In this document: one piece after another, positions 28,153 through 36,107 of the stretch
How positions within the stretch are numbered: position 1 is the first letter of the stretch
How the letters are laid out: each line of letters begins with the position of its first letter
DNA from: Schleiferiaceae bacterium
Lineage (GTDB): Bacteria > Bacteroidota > Bacteroidia > Flavobacteriales > Schleiferiaceae
Reading direction: 5' to 3'
NCBI GenBank assembly: GCA_028357285.1
Contig: JAOMWM010000003.1
Location: 41,679-105,678 of the forward strand
Length of the DNA stretch: 64,000 nt
The notes under the pieces: model-generated
The model's input: the letters and a program-made list of their open reading frames with translations, nothing else
Database searches by the model: none
Told to the model about the DNA's origin: nothing
Position numbers and translations under genes: made by a program

Positions 28153-29007
28153 ATGAAAAGAATAAATACACTTTTACTCTTGACTTTGGGCCTTTCAGCA
28201 AGTGCCCAAATCACGACTGTACCAGATGAAAATATAGATCCTGCAGATTCGTTAGAGATCATTTTTGATCCGGCGGCATTAGATTTGGCTGTAGGTCATC
28301 AAGATTTATTGAAGCAGGCAGTCGATGCAGGTGAAGACATGTATATATGGACTTGGAAGCCTGCGGAACACCCCGATGGTCACCCGTATGTCAATGGTAC
28401 AGGTTCTGCTCCTTGGAAGAATTCAAACGAATCCATGAAAATGACGAAGAATTCGGACGGGACGTTTTCTTGGAAAATTGTTCCTACCCTTTTCTATGAA
28501 GTGGACGCTACCACGGTATATGCTGAGGATATTCACTTTTTAGTCAAAGCTAAAGACGGCGGTGGTTATGGCGATCCCGATGTAAAATCGGACGATCAAA
28601 GTATAGCCATTGACCCACCGGCTACAGAGCGCAATGCATTCTACCATTTTCCAACGAAGGTTATGGCAGACGATGTTTTGACCTTACGTTATGAAAATTG
28701 GCGCGAAGAGAAGGCAAGCATGCAAAACCTAGCTTCTGACGATTGTTACATGTACGCTAAAGTCACGTACACAGACGGGACTTTTGATCAAATTGAGAAT
28801 ACCTTCAACGTTGGAAGTAATCCAGACTTACAGATGGAATATTTAGACAACGGAAACTTCCAACTGCGCCTTATTCCTGAGGAATTCTTTAATGTTCCTT
28901 CGACAAAGACCATTGATTACCTCGAGTTTATTGCCATGAAGAAGGTGTTTGCTACAGGAGCCGATCGCGTAACAGAGGCTGTAAATGTTCAAATCGAATG
29001 TCAGTAA
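28153..29007 (+). CDS. PUL-encoded secreted protein of unknown function (two related beta-rich halves)
   Basis: SPase I-type signal LSASAQ. The two halves share a ..P(T/E)(L/E)F(Y/F)xV....I..(L/I)xF(L/I) pattern. Confidence 0.6.
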   Translation: MKRINTLLLLTLGLSASAQITTVPDENIDPADSLEIIFDPAALDLAVGHQDLLKQAVDAGEDMYIWTWKPAEHPDGHPYVNGTGSAPWKNSNESMKMTKNSDGTFSWKIVPTLFYEVDATTVYAEDIHFLVKAKDGGGYGDPDVKSDDQSIAIDPPATERNAFYHFPTKVMADDVLTLRYENWREEKASMQNLASDDCYMYAKVTYTDGTFDQIENTFNVGSNPDLQMEYLDNGNFQLRLIPEEFFNVPSTKTIDYLEFIAMKKVFATGADRVTEAVNVQIECQ

Positions 29008-29026
29008 AATCATAATGCATAAACAC

Positions 29027-29055
29027 TAAAAACCCGGCCTTGGTCGGGTTTTTTC
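29027..29055 (+). terminator. Intrinsic terminator after the PUL surface-protein genes
   Basis: AAAAACCCGGCCTTGGTCGGGTTTTTT. Confidence 0.55.
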
Positions 29056-29083
29056 TCTTTAGTCGCTAAATACATTGAAACGT

Positions 29084-30469
29084 ATGCAACAGAAACCTAA
29101 ACTCAGTTTTTGGCAGATTTGGAACATGAGCTTTGGCTTTTTAGGAATCCAATTCGGTTATGCTTTACAAGGCGGCTTTATGAGTCGGATTTTTGAAACC
29201 TTAGGTGCAGACGAGCACAGTCTTCCGCTCTTGTGGATTGCTGCGCCTCTCACGGGGTTGATCGTTCAGCCTATTATTGGCCAAATGAGCGACAATACTT
29301 GGCATCCGCGTTTCGGCCGTCGCCGTCCGTATTTTTTAATTGGCGCTATTTTGGCTTCAATTACTTTGCTTTTTGTACCCCACAGTTCCGCATTGTGGAT
29401 CGCTGCAGGTGGACTTTGGATTTTAGATGCGACGATGAATATTTCTATGGAGCCATTCCGTGCGCTGGTAGCGGATAAGTTACCGGACAGTCAGCGCAGT
29501 TTCGGTTTCGTAGTGCAAACTTTAATTATTGGGGTGAGCACATGGGTGGCCTCAAACTTACCCCTTTTAGTCAGTTCTCTGGGCGTTAGTAATGAGGCGG
29601 ATCCAGGGGTTGTTCCCATGTCCGTGAAGGTGGCCTTTGGTATCGGCGCTGCGATTTTTCTGCTGGCCATTCTCTACACCGTATTTACGACGGATGAATA
29701 TCCTCCTGTAGACATGAAAGCGTTTCGCGCTGAGCAGAAGGAAAATTCGGGCTTAGTAAATACCCTGCGTGAGGTTGGAAAAAACATTGGGAATATGCCT
29801 TTAACCATGAAGAAATTGGGCGTGGTCCAATTCTTTTCTTGGTTTTCATTTTTTTGCATGTGGTCGATGGCGAATCCCGCTCTGACTGACCACGTTTATG
29901 GTGCTGCAAAGCCTGAAGCGATTGAATACGCTGTATCATCGGCTGCCCAGATTGAAGCCTACCAACTGGCGGATAGAGCATTCAATGACGCTTCCAATCA
30001 AGTGGGCTCTTACATGGGGAATTATGGCTTGAGCTCTATGTTGTTCGCATTGCTTTTAACGCTGTGGACAGCGAAGCGTCGTATCAATCGTAAGTACGTT
30101 CACATGTTCAGTCTTTTTGCTGGGGCATATGGTTTCATAAGTATGTACTTCATAACAGAAGCGTCAATGTTAACGTTGTCATTTGTCTGTATTGGTTTTA
30201 GCTGGGGATCTATACTTTCCATGCCTTACGCCATGTTAAGTTCAACCTTAGACCCAAATAAAATGGGGGTTTACATGGGTATCTTCAACATGTTTATTGT
30301 TATTCCACAGATTGTAGCGGCAACTTCTTTGACGGTCATTTATAAGAGTTTGTTTGGCGCAGAGCCAATCAATGCGATGTTACTTGCAGGTTCATCCCTT
30401 GTAATTGCCGGCTTAGCAAATCTTTTGATTACCAATAGGCACGCAGTGACTTATACTCCATCGGAGTAA
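29084..30469 (+). CDS. MFS transporter, GPH/SLC45-like sugar (maltose/sucrose):H+ symporter
   Basis: 12-TM profile. GQMSDNTWHPRFGRRRPY loop is typical of the family. ATG 29084 is preferred over TTG 29075. Confidence 0.85.
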   Translation: MQQKPKLSFWQIWNMSFGFLGIQFGYALQGGFMSRIFETLGADEHSLPLLWIAAPLTGLIVQPIIGQMSDNTWHPRFGRRRPYFLIGAILASITLLFVPHSSALWIAAGGLWILDATMNISMEPFRALVADKLPDSQRSFGFVVQTLIIGVSTWVASNLPLLVSSLGVSNEADPGVVPMSVKVAFGIGAAIFLLAILYTVFTTDEYPPVDMKAFRAEQKENSGLVNTLREVGKNIGNMPLTMKKLGVVQFFSWFSFFCMWSMANPALTDHVYGAAKPEAIEYAVSSAAQIEAYQLADRAFNDASNQVGSYMGNYGLSSMLFALLLTLWTAKRRINRKYVHMFSLFAGAYGFISMYFITEASMLTLSFVCIGFSWGSILSMPYAMLSSTLDPNKMGVYMGIFNMFIVIPQIVAATSLTVIYKSLFGAEPINAMLLAGSSLVIAGLANLLITNRHAVTYTPSE

Positions 30470-30510
30470 ATACATCCGTTTATCCCTGTTCATTGAAATA
30501 AATAGCAAAG

Positions 30511-30538
30511 AAAAAGGCCTCGATTTCGAGGCCTTTAT
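30511..30538. terminator. Bidirectional terminator between the MFS gene and the AraC gene
   Basis: AAAGGCCTCG-ATTT-CGAGGCCTTT, a perfect 10-bp stem flanked by A-run and T-rich sequence. Confidence 0.7.
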
Positions 30539-30545
30539 TCTGGGG

Positions 30546-31415
30546 TTATATTTTTTTCTTCTTCCTGAATTCTCGTGGCGAGCATCCTTTTATTTTAAGG
30601 AAAGCGCGGTTGAACGAAGAGCTGGAGTTGAAACCACTCTCTGCAGCTACCTCTGTCATGACTTTATTCGTGTTGATTAGGAGGTTACTCGCGACCGTGG
30701 TGCGGAGCTGCATGAGGTAGTCTACGAAAGTCAGTCCAGAGGTTTGGCGGAACCAGCGACTGAAGCTTTGTTCGGTCATGCTGGCGATGTCGGAGATTTC
30801 GTTGAGGGTGATGGTGTTTTGGTAGTGGTCTTGGATGTATTTTGAGACGCGTTCCATGCGTTGACTAAGCTTTTGGCTCATGACGTTGGAGTAGGCGTTG
30901 TTGGTGGAGACTGTGAGGAAATCTGGACGGTCGGCGATCATTGCCATGAGGTTGAAAAATGCGCCAATGCTGCGGAGGGGGTCTTTGCCGACTATGGTGG
31001 TGAAGGCTTGGTGTTCGGCGAGGTTGAATTGGCCCAAATTAATGCCGTAGCTCATGGCGCGGAACAGGCGTTGAAGAGAGGCACTTTCTTTGAAGCTGTT
31101 GAGCCATTCCTGGGTGAATTGGAGCCCCCAGCATTCTTTTTCCATCTGCACATCGTCTTCCTCCGTGCTGACGAAGTTGTGGGGTAGATACGGGCCTAGA
31201 AGGAACGCCTGTCCAGGTTCAAACTCTATTGTTTTATTGCCGATGAACGCAAGGCCTTTGCCTTTGACAATGTAGGTGATTTCGATTTCTGGGTGGTAAT
31301 GCCAATAATCTGTGAAAATGGAAGGGAAATTTTGCCCAGCTTTTTGTGCTAAGACATAGCTGTTGTAGCTACGGTCCTGCTCGGCAATGCGGATATTTTC
31401 AATAGTCGCCTTCAC
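30546..31415 (-). CDS. AraC family transcriptional regulator (cupin sensor + HTH)
   Basis: N-terminal cupin-like region (HYHPEIEITYIVKG). C-terminal AraC HTH (..FSRWFRQTSGLTFVDYL.., GFNSSSSFNRAFLKIKGCSPREFRKK). GTG start. Confidence 0.85.
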   Translation of the reverse strand: MKATIENIRIAEQDRSYNSYVLAQKAGQNFPSIFTDYWHYHPEIEITYIVKGKGLAFIGNKTIEFEPGQAFLLGPYLPHNFVSTEEDDVQMEKECWGLQFTQEWLNSFKESASLQRLFRAMSYGINLGQFNLAEHQAFTTIVGKDPLRSIGAFFNLMAMIADRPDFLTVSTNNAYSNVMSQKLSQRMERVSKYIQDHYQNTITLNEISDIASMTEQSFSRWFRQTSGLTFVDYLMQLRTTVASNLLINTNKVMTEVAAESGFNSSSSFNRAFLKIKGCSPREFRKKKKI

Positions 31416-31553
31416 TCTAATCGTTCTCGTTTAATCAGGTGTACTTATAAAATTCGTTATTGCAGCGATGCAAATAATAAGCAGCTTATCAGCCCAGACT
31501 GTCGAACCACTAATAAGGCATTTCTTGACTCTAAGGTACCAAAAAAATGTAAA

Positions 31554-31571
31554 ATTAGGGTATAATTAGGG
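31554..31571. promoter_or_regulatory. Tandem direct repeat ATTAGGG-TATA-ATTAGGG in the AraC / CBM-protein divergent region
   Basis: Two identical 7-mers spaced 11 bp centre to centre (31554-31560, 31565-31571). A TAACTTTG -7-like box lies at 31693-31700. Confidence 0.25.
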
Positions 31572-31740
31572 AGATACAGTCGTTTCGTTTTGTTGCCGTC
31601 TAAAAATGTAATTCAACACGAATTCATGGTTTGTTGTATTAATCTGCAAGAATGTGGTTAAAAAACGGCTAAACACCAGTATCTGTTTGGCTTAACTTTG
31701 AAGAGTACTAAGTACATTTAATAATCAATCTATCATAATT

Positions 31741-33366
31741 ATGAAAAAATTCTACGCTTTAGCAGCCGTACTCTTTTTGGGTGTAACTGCATTTGCTCAA
31801 ACGCACAGCGTTACATTCCAAGTGGATTTAGGATCTGCTTCTGCGAATTCGAACGGTGTACATGTAGCAGGATCTTTCCAGAGCTGGTCGCCGTCAACGA
31901 CCGGTTTAACGCAAGTCGGCACGTCTTCAATTTATTCTACCACCGTGAGTGTATCTCCCGGTCAATTGGAATATAAATTTCTTAACGGTAATGCTTGGGG
32001 CGACGACGAAAGTGTTCCTACTGCAGTAAACGTTGGAACGAACGGTAACGGTAACCGTTGGGCTGTAATCTCTTCAGATACTACGCTTCCCGCGGTAATG
32101 TTCGCTGGTGCGGCACCTGCTGGACAGAAAGCAATTCAATTCAAAGTAGATTACTCTTTGCAAACGCTTAGCGCTGACTCTGCACATGTTGCTGGAAACT
32201 TTCAAGGTTGGGATCCCGCAAAATCGCAGATGGTAAACTTTGACGGTGTATACCGCTACATAGCTTATGTCGGCAAAACAGACTCTACCTATTTTAAGTT
32301 TTTAAACGGTAATACCTGGAGTGATGTTGAGTCAGTGCCATCTACTTGTCAAGCATCTACTGCAGGTATAAGTCAAGGAGATAACCGTTTTTATACGGAC
32401 ACAGTCAGCGGTATTTACGAGGTATGTTACACAATGTGTGGCCCTTGTATGGTCGTGTCTACCTACGATATCACAGTAAATGTTGATGTGAGTTCCATCA
32501 CAGCATGTGGCACCGTAGATTCTGTTACACTTGCAGGCCCAATCAATGGCTGGGGTGGAGAATTGATGACAGATCCAGACGGTGACGGCATTTATTCGAT
32601 TTCTTACACTGGTGTAGATTCAGGCGATTTCCAGTTTAAAGCACGTTTCCACGAAAACGGTAATACCAACTGGGAAGGCGGGGGTAACAAAATCGTTACT
32701 GTAAGCTCTGATTCTGCAGTCGCAGCCCGTTGTTTCGGTAACGATACGTATGGTCCTTGTGCAGCTGTTCCAGCTACAGCGGATGTTACTTTCATCGTTG
32801 ACTTTACGCAAGCAGCATTTACTCCTGCAGATACTATTTATTTGATGGGGGCTTTCACGCAGTGGGATGCGAATGCCATTCCTATGGTTTCTCATTCTGT
32901 TCCTGGTCAGTACATTGCTACAGAAGCTAATTACTGTCCAGGTTCTATGGAGTACCGTTTCTCAAATGGTGATCCAGCCAACACTGCAAATCACGAGCCG
33001 GTTCCTATGGATTGTGGTGTTGATAATGGCGTCGGTGGATACAACCGTTTCTTTGCTCGTTCAGGTAGTGCTGATACTGTACAACATATCTTCGGTCAAT
33101 GTTCATTCATCTCTGTTGAAGAAGATGCACTATCAGGAGTCAGTGTTCGCCCTAATCCTATGAACGAAAGCGCAACCATCGCTTTAGGTAATGCCGGACG
33201 CTATTCAGTTCGAGTATTCGATATCACTGGCCGTGTAGTTGCTGGCTTCGAAAACGTACAAGGTGATATCACTTTAGAGCGCAATAATATGGTGAGCGGT
33301 ATGTATTATGTGAACATCGCTGATGCGAAGGGAGCAACGAAAACACTCAAGGTTATTGTTGAATAA
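31741..33366 (+). CDS. Secreted protein with four tandem starch/glycogen-binding-like (CBM20/48-like) modules and a T9SS C-terminal sorting domain
   Basis: Signal peptide. Four repeats each carry V(H/T/Y)(V/L)(A/M)G.F..W plus an aromatic-rich (Y/F)(K/R)F motif. No catalytic domain. CTD ..VRPNPMNESATI..SGMYYVNIADAKGATKTLKVIVE. Confidence 0.8.
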   Translation: MKKFYALAAVLFLGVTAFAQTHSVTFQVDLGSASANSNGVHVAGSFQSWSPSTTGLTQVGTSSIYSTTVSVSPGQLEYKFLNGNAWGDDESVPTAVNVGTNGNGNRWAVISSDTTLPAVMFAGAAPAGQKAIQFKVDYSLQTLSADSAHVAGNFQGWDPAKSQMVNFDGVYRYIAYVGKTDSTYFKFLNGNTWSDVESVPSTCQASTAGISQGDNRFYTDTVSGIYEVCYTMCGPCMVVSTYDITVNVDVSSITACGTVDSVTLAGPINGWGGELMTDPDGDGIYSISYTGVDSGDFQFKARFHENGNTNWEGGGNKIVTVSSDSAVAARCFGNDTYGPCAAVPATADVTFIVDFTQAAFTPADTIYLMGAFTQWDANAIPMVSHSVPGQYIATEANYCPGSMEYRFSNGDPANTANHEPVPMDCGVDNGVGGYNRFFARSGSADTVQHIFGQCSFISVEEDALSGVSVRPNPMNESATIALGNAGRYSVRVFDITGRVVAGFENVQGDITLERNNMVSGMYYVNIADAKGATKTLKVIVE

Positions 33367-33391
33367 ACGATACTGTTTCATTTAATTATAG

Positions 33392-33425
33392 ATCCCCTGG
33401 GCGCGAAGCGCCTAGGGGATTTTTT
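33392..33425 (+). terminator. Intrinsic terminator after the CBM/T9SS gene
   Basis: ATCCCCTGGGCGC-GAA-GCGCCTAGGGGAT followed by T5. Confidence 0.75.
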
Positions 33426-33440
33426 ATGCCCTTATCCCCA

Positions 33441-33470
33441 AAAAAAAAGCGCGCCCATTCGGCGCGCTTT
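33441..33470 (-). terminator. Intrinsic terminator after the LuxR-type response regulator gene
   Basis: On the minus strand AGCGCGCC-GAATG-GGCGCGCT is followed by T8. Confidence 0.7.
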
Positions 33471-33495
33471 GAATTTATTGTAGCTCTTGAGAAGC

Positions 33496-34176
33496 TTAGT
33501 GAAGTAAGCCGTTTTCTACTGCAAAGCGCACTAGACCAGCGGTGTTGTTCATGCCCAATTTATTCAAAATGTTTTGTCGATGGTTGTCTATGGTACGCTT
33601 GGATAAGAAGAGCTTTTTAGCAATTTCTTCATTGGTCAATTGATCCGCAATGTATTTGAGAATTTCAATCTCTCGCTTGCTCAATCTGGCAACGGCGGGA
33701 TTATTGCTGTGGAATTCTGCGAATGTCTTGCCTAGAATTCTACGTTCAATCAGTGAATTAGCAATATCCATAGCATAATACAAGCGGCCTTCGAGAATAG
33801 CTGTAATTGCTTTTATTAACTCCCCTGTGTCGACGCTTTTTTTAATAAATCCTTTAGCTCCCGCTTTAAGCAGGTGCTCAACAACATTCATGTCGTCTGA
33901 TTCTGAGAACCCTAAGACCGATTGTTCGGGCGTGAGGCGTAATAATGATTTCGTGAGTTCAGCACCGGAATGCTTTCCCAATTGCGAATCTGTAATGATT
34001 AAATGAAAAGCGAATTGATCGGCTAATTTTAGGGCGTCTAGAATGTTTCCGGCCTCCTTAACTTGGAATGAATACGACTCAAATTTACCCATTTCCAGCA
34101 TGGTTTTGATACCGCCTCGTACAATAGGATGGTCGTCCACTACGAGAATACTAATGGTTCTGTTCATAATTGACAT
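33496..34176 (-). CDS. NarL/FixJ (LuxR-type HTH) response regulator, no adjacent kinase
   Basis: Receiver residues are present (VVDDHP, IITDSQL, GFSES, GFIKK). C-terminal LuxR HTH (LSKREIEILKYIADQLTNEEIAKKLFLSKRTIDNHRQNI). Confidence 0.85.
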   Translation of the reverse strand: MSIMNRTISILVVDDHPIVRGGIKTMLEMGKFESYSFQVKEAGNILDALKLADQFAFHLIITDSQLGKHSGAELTKSLLRLTPEQSVLGFSESDDMNVVEHLLKAGAKGFIKKSVDTGELIKAITAILEGRLYYAMDIANSLIERRILGKTFAEFHSNNPAVARLSKREIEILKYIADQLTNEEIAKKLFLSKRTIDNHRQNILNKLGMNNTAGLVRFAVENGLLH

Positions 34177-34309
34177 GTAAGCGAACTCCTAATGTAGTGA
34201 AAATGCTTAAAGTGAATCGATTGAGAGCGTATTAATCACTCAAAATCGCAAAAACGTAAGTATTTAGGCTTGTGGTTATTCACAGTGCGCTGTCAATAAA
34301 ATAAATGTC

Positions 34310-34317
34310 TATATTTG
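34310..34317 (+). promoter_or_regulatory. Bacteroidota -7-type promoter box upstream of rimP
   Basis: TATATTTG matches TAnnTTTG. No clear TTG -33 element at canonical spacing. Confidence 0.35.
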
Positions 34318-34336
34318 TCGAAACTTTTTGGCTTGC

Positions 34337-34367
34337 AAAAGGGGGACCTCGAGTCCCCTCTTTTATT
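34337..34367 (+). promoter_or_regulatory. Terminator-like leader hairpin immediately upstream of rimP-nusA-infB
   Basis: AAAAGGGGGAC-CTCGA-GTCCCCTCTTTTATT. It ends 12 nt before the rimP ATG and lies downstream of the -7 box. Confidence 0.45.
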
Positions 34368-34378
34368 GGCGGTAATTT

Positions 34379-34819
34379 ATGGAATACGACAAAGTAGCAA
34401 AAGCGTTAACAACAGCGGCAGATGAAAACGACGCCTTTTTGGTTGATCTTGAAATCAAACCGAATAATGTGATTGTTGCCTACGTCGATGCGGATACTGG
34501 TCTTACGATTGAGCAGATTAAAATGATCAATCGAAAGGTAGAATCATTACTAGACCGAGATGAAGAAGATTTCAATCTAACGGTAAGTAGCCCCGATTTA
34601 ACGCGTCCCCTTAAAATATGGCGCCAGTACAAAAAGAATGAAGGTCGCTTTTTGAAAGTGAAATACGATGATAGAGAGGACGAAGGTCAACTCATCGAGG
34701 TAGCGGATGAGTACATTGTTCTCAGCGTACCACAGCAAAAGAAGAGTGACCCCAATAAAGAATTAAAAATTGAATTCACGGCGCTTACCGAAGCAAAAGT
34801 GGCAATTAAGTTTAAATAG
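34379..34819 (+). CDS. rimP: Ribosome maturation factor RimP
   Basis: ~146 aa RimP-like sequence directly preceding nusA, the canonical operon position. Confidence 0.88.
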   Translation: MEYDKVAKALTTAADENDAFLVDLEIKPNNVIVAYVDADTGLTIEQIKMINRKVESLLDRDEEDFNLTVSSPDLTRPLKIWRQYKKNEGRFLKVKYDDREDEGQLIEVADEYIVLSVPQQKKSDPNKELKIEFTALTEAKVAIKFK

Positions 34820-34838
34820 GATTATTCAGATATAAACA

Positions 34839-36086
34839 ATGGAAAATCAGGCGATTATTGAAAGCTTCCTCGCGTTTAAGGAGGAGAAAAATATCGACAG
34901 AATTACGCTCATGGCATTCATCGAAGAAGCCTTTCGCAATCAATTGCGTAAGAAATACGAAGACGATGAGAACTTTGATGTGATTGTTAACCCAGATAAG
35001 GGTGATTTGGAGATTTGGCGTAACCGTACGGTAGTTGAAGACGGTGCAGTGGAGGACGATAACATGGAAATCGAACTTAGTGCTGCATTAAAAATCGAGC
35101 CAGATTACGAAGTAGGTGAAGAAGTTTCCGAAGAGGTTAAATTGATCGATTTAGGACGCCGATTCATTTTGGCATTCCGTCAAAATCTAGTGAGTCGTAT
35201 TCAAGAGCACGATAGTTCTGAACTATTCAAGCGTTACAAAGATTTAGAAGGTGAAATCATTACAGGAGAAGTACACCATGTGCGTCACCGCGAAGTCATC
35301 GTTTACGACGACGAAGGAAATGAATTGATTCTTCCAAAAGACCAAATGATTGGTGAACGTGAGTTCTTCCGTAAAGGCGATCCTATCCGTGCCGTTGTAA
35401 AAGAAGTGGTTTTCCGTGGTACAAAACCAGTGGTGATCATGTCTCGTACGGATGAGCGTTTCTTGGCAAAATTATTTGAGCAAGAAATACCAGAAGTATA
35501 CGACGGTTTGATCACTATCAAGGGTGTAGTTCGTATCCCTGGAGAAAAAGCGAAAGTTGCAGTAGAATCGTATGACGATAGAATTGATCCTGTAGGTGCC
35601 TGTGTGGGCATGAAGGGATCCCGTATTCATTCAATCGTTCGCGAGTTGCGCAATGAGAATATTGATGTGATTAACTACACTACTAACTTGCAATTGTACA
35701 TTCAGCGTGCATTAAGCCCTGCGAAAGTGACCAGTCTCAATATTGATGAGGACGCCGGTCGTGTAGAAGCTTTTTTAGCTCCAGATCAAGTAAGCTTAGC
35801 TATCGGCCGTGGTGGTACAAACATCCGTCTTGCCAGTAAATTGGTTAGTATGGAGATAGATGTATACCGCGATGATATAGAAATCGAAGACGATATCGAA
35901 TTGGATCAATTCTCTGATGAGATTGAATCATGGGTTATCGCGGAATTGAAAAAGATTGGATGTGATACTGCGAAGAGCGTGTTGAAATTGACCAAAGAGG
36001 AATTGGTTTCACGTGCTGATTTGGAAGTTGAGACTGCAGAGCACATCTTAAACGTACTTCAGAAAGAATTCGAAGACGAAGAATAA
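34839..36086 (+). CDS. nusA: Transcription termination/antitermination factor NusA
   Basis: N-terminal domain, S1 (GEIITGEVHHV), two KH domains (DPVGACVGMKGSRIHSI, ..AIGRGGTNIRLASKL). Confidence 0.95.
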   Translation: MENQAIIESFLAFKEEKNIDRITLMAFIEEAFRNQLRKKYEDDENFDVIVNPDKGDLEIWRNRTVVEDGAVEDDNMEIELSAALKIEPDYEVGEEVSEEVKLIDLGRRFILAFRQNLVSRIQEHDSSELFKRYKDLEGEIITGEVHHVRHREVIVYDDEGNELILPKDQMIGEREFFRKGDPIRAVVKEVVFRGTKPVVIMSRTDERFLAKLFEQEIPEVYDGLITIKGVVRIPGEKAKVAVESYDDRIDPVGACVGMKGSRIHSIVRELRNENIDVINYTTNLQLYIQRALSPAKVTSLNIDEDAGRVEAFLAPDQVSLAIGRGGTNIRLASKLVSMEIDVYRDDIEIEDDIELDQFSDEIESWVIAELKKIGCDTAKSVLKLTKEELVSRADLEVETAEHILNVLQKEFEDEE

Positions 36087-36107
36087 GAAAACACCTAAAG
36101 ACACTCT

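Noticed and set aside
31708-31720. CTAAGTACATTTA upstream of the CBM/T9SS gene as a possible third site for the Nudix-type regulator
   Set aside because: It shares only GTACATTT with the susC-proximal site and is not palindromic. In an AT-rich region this level of similarity is expected by chance.
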